Positions 42,995 to 44,805 of a DNA stretch of 44,805 nucleotides are shown piece after piece. The position numbers were made by a program, and so were the translations under genes. The stretch spans positions 1 through 44,805 of the forward strand of contig JBILTA010000817.1 in the NCBI GenBank assembly GCA_044371785.1. Direction: 5' to 3'. Each line of letters opens with the position of its first letter. The stretch's first letter is position 1. The notes beneath the pieces are model-generated. The model ran no database searches. It was not told the origin of the DNA and saw nothing but the letters and a program-made list of their open reading frames with translations. Origin of the DNA: Pirellulaceae bacterium. GTDB taxonomy: Bacteria; Planctomycetota; Planctomycetia; Pirellulales; Pirellulaceae.

Positions 42995-44041
42995 TCAAAC
43001 GGCTTGCAGCTCAATAGCAGCAGCAGGATTCAGCCAATCAGCACCCATTGCAAGACGACCCACGATCAGGTCACCTTGATACATGGTCTTCACATCACCA
43101 CCAGTGGTTTGGATGCTAGGACCGATACCTTGCACAACAGCAGCAGCGTCGCGCTGGTAGATCAGACCACAGTGGGCAGAGAAGTCACCGCTGTAATCGT
43201 TGTTCTCACCATCAACGCGTGCAACACTACCAGCCATGAAAGGCAGGTTGTTGGAACGCCAGATCTTAATGCCAGCGATCTCATACAGACCCTCACCGGA
43301 GTTCATGCTGCCTTGGGTAGCACCGTACTCACGGTTCAGGATGTTGCTATCAACTTGGCTGATCAGAGCGTAGTACTGTCGGGGAGACAGCACAGCATTA
43401 CGGCCAGTACGGGGTACATTCTTTTCATCAAGAATCGAAGCAGCTTCAAAGAATGCGTCAACGATAGCCTGAGCATTGTACTCATTACCAGCACCCAGTT
43501 TGATCACAGAACCACCAGGCTCGGGGCCGGGGGATGCAGTGATCGGGTGAGCGGTACGGGCAGACTTGGCGATAGTACGGAAGACTTTCTTGTCATATGC
43601 TTCGGCCAGAGCGTGGCCAATCTTTGCACTGATCTCAGAACGCAGGCTGTAATGAGCCAGGGTTTCATCGAGATCGTACACAAATGCAGACGAGACCAGA
43701 AGGTCATCCATGACGATGGTCTTCTCAGCCACCGGAGGATCAGAATCACCTAGGATCGGGGTTCCGGGAAGGTGATATTCGGCCGTCATACGACCGGTAT
43801 AGATAAACTGCAGCGAACGACCATTGCTGAGCGTACGATTCTGCACAGTGTCTTTGGCGATGCATACTGACTCGTACGCTTTAATCATTTCGCCAGAAAA
43901 CAATTTCAAATAGGTGCCATACTTATTGTTGTAATCAGCACCGCCTTGAGTAAGACCGAGACCAGGGGTTTTGTTGATGTTCCCCATCGCGGTCAGCGTG
44001 GTGTTAGGAGCAACACCAGGCCGTTGGGACCAAGTAGTCAT
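42995..44041 (-). CDS. Major capsid protein (T7 gp10-like)
   Basis: ..YLKLFSGEMIKAYE....V.NRTLSNGRSLQFIYTGRMTAEYHLPG.. parallels the T7 gp10 N-terminal region. 348 aa. Confidence 0.9.
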   Translation of the reverse strand: MTTWSQRPGVAPNTTLTAMGNINKTPGLGLTQGGADYNNKYGTYLKLFSGEMIKAYESVCIAKDTVQNRTLSNGRSLQFIYTGRMTAEYHLPGTPILGDSDPPVAEKTIVMDDLLVSSAFVYDLDETLAHYSLRSEISAKIGHALAEAYDKKVFRTIAKSARTAHPITASPGPEPGGSVIKLGAGNEYNAQAIVDAFFEAASILDEKNVPRTGRNAVLSPRQYYALISQVDSNILNREYGATQGSMNSGEGLYEIAGIKIWRSNNLPFMAGSVARVDGENNDYSGDFSAHCGLIYQRDAAAVVQGIGPSIQTTGGDVKTMYQGDLIVGRLAMGADWLNPAAAIELQAV

Positions 44042-44186
44042 TGTTAGTAAAGAGAGAGTTTTGGTAAAGTCTCCCTAAGCGCTTAGGAATTCACACGATT
44101 AGACATGTGCATTCATTGTTTGTTTTGGTGTCGTCTCTCCGACTGTCATGACTAAAGGTTGTCTCCGTAGAGGCCAATAGTCAATA

Positions 44187-44219
44187 GGAACAGGGTCCGA
44201 CTCTGAGGTGCCCTGCTCC
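44187..44219 (-). other. 9-bp stem hairpin between the psbA cassette and the capsid gene (terminator or processing-site candidate)
   Basis: The - strand reads GGAGCAGGG-(15 nt)-CCCTGTTCC followed by TATTGACTATT. Confidence 0.4.
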
Positions 44220-44229
44220 CATTATTAAG

Positions 44230-44406
44230 TTAAGTCCACGCAGCGAGAGTACCAGCTTGAACCTTTGCACCCTTAGGGCTCAGTTCAGTCAGGGTCTGAT
44301 TTGTCTCACCATAAGCGTTAAGGAATGCTGGACTGGTAGCAGTAGGGGTTACATACTGAACAGTCACCGAAGATACCTTCGGATCATAAGGAGTAGCGTC
44401 TGCCAT
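44230..44406 (-). CDS. Small hypothetical protein (58 aa) coupled to psbA
   Basis: MADATPYDPKVSSVTVQYVTPTATSPAFLNAYGETNQTLTELSPKGAKVQAGTLAAWT. The ATG lies 2 nt after the psbA stop (TAAtcATG). It is below the track cutoff. Confidence 0.45.
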   Translation of the reverse strand: MADATPYDPKVSSVTVQYVTPTATSPAFLNAYGETNQTLTELSPKGAKVQAGTLAAWT

Positions 44407-44408
44407 GA

Positions 44409-44805
44409 TTATCCAATGATAGGAGTTTGATGTGTAGCTAGATCAAGTGGGAAGTTGTGAGCATTACGCTCATGCATTACCTCAAAGCCCAGGCCAGCTC
44501 TATTAAGTACATCAGCCCAAGTATTAACCACCCGGCCATTGTTATCAAGAAGTGATTGGTTAAAGTTGAAACCGTTTAGGTTGAAAGCCATGGTGCTAAC
44601 ACCAAGAGCAGCAAACCAGATGCCAACCACGGGCCAGGCGCCGAGGAAGAAGTGCAGGCTGCGGCTGTTGTTGAAGCTGGCGTATTGGAAGATCAGGCGA
44701 CCGAAGTAACCGTGGGCAGCCACGATGTTGTAGGTCTCTTCCTCTTGGCCGAACTTGTAGCCGTAGTTCTGGCTCTCGCTCTCGGTGGTTTCACGCACCA
44801 GGGAG
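44409..44805 (-). CDS. psbA: Photosystem II D1 protein, 3' portion; enters from the window end
   Basis: ..[87 protein letters not shown]. The track 'M' at 44798 is an internal GTG (Val). Confidence 0.95.
   Translation of the reverse strand, partial: SLVRETTESESQNYGYKFGQEEETYNIVAAHGYFGRLIFQYASFNNSRSLHFFLGAWPVVGIWFAALGVSTMAFNLNGFNFNQSLLDNNGRVVNTWADVLNRAGLGFEVMHERNAHNFPLDLATHQTPIIG

Noticed and set aside
43004-43753. 249-aa + strand ORF
   Set aside because: It is antisense to the major capsid gene. It is a shadow ORF with no recognisable features.
44230-44406. Could the small ORF next to psbA be an hli (high-light-inducible) gene, as in many psbA-carrying cyanophages?
   Set aside because: It has no hydrophobic transmembrane helix and no chlorophyll-binding E..N/H..R-type motif. 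It is kept only as a hypothetical protein.
1-44805. CRISPR arrays, rRNA genes, transposase/IS elements, DGR (reverse transcriptase plus TR/VR)
   Set aside because: I saw no regularly spaced direct repeats, no rRNA-like sequence, no transposase or RT motifs, and no long template/variable repeat pair by eye. A computational repeat search would be needed to exclude short TR/VR pairs.

Overview
The window is essentially a complete T7-like marine cyanopodovirus genome (P60/Syn5/P-SSP7 group), about 44.8 kb. It is given as the reverse complement: every convincing gene except one is on the - strand. It is also circularly permuted, so psbA is cut by the two window ends.

Gene order on the - strand, from about 20.4 kb downwards:
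- about 650 nt of non-coding control region, then small early ORFs
- MarR-like wHTH, tyrosine integrase, and a half-tRNA-Leu attP candidate
- single-subunit RNAP, gp2.5-like SSB, endonuclease I, primase-helicase
- family-A DNA polymerase (frame-broken) and 5'-3' exonuclease
- nblA-like ORF, DUF3310, MazG-like protein, small RNR alpha plus ferritin-like beta
- a repeat protein, portal and scaffold
- an auxiliary island (rlpA-like gene and psbA), which wraps round the window ends
- capsid, tail tube A/B, three internal virion proteins, tail fibre, LamG/SPRY adhesin
- lysis cassette, terS, two HNH endonucleases, terL, a terminator, and thyX

The most interesting unexplained structure is in the early/left-end region:
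- A 9-mer family (AGTGGACAG) is confined to 16.6-20.1 kb and flips orientation around the marR-like/int genes.
- The single opposite-strand gene encodes a ribbon-helix-helix protein with a palindromic operator candidate, divergent from the early genes.
- A tRNA-Leu 5'-half lies next to int.

Together these look like a switch/integration module. I cannot assign a mechanism to it from sequence alone.

Other anomalies:
- frame breaks in psbA and the DNA polymerase
- a 21-nt exact repeat shared by the RNAP coding sequence and the terL 3' region
- a GC-rich island around RNAP

All family calls come from motif recognition by eye. No database search was run.
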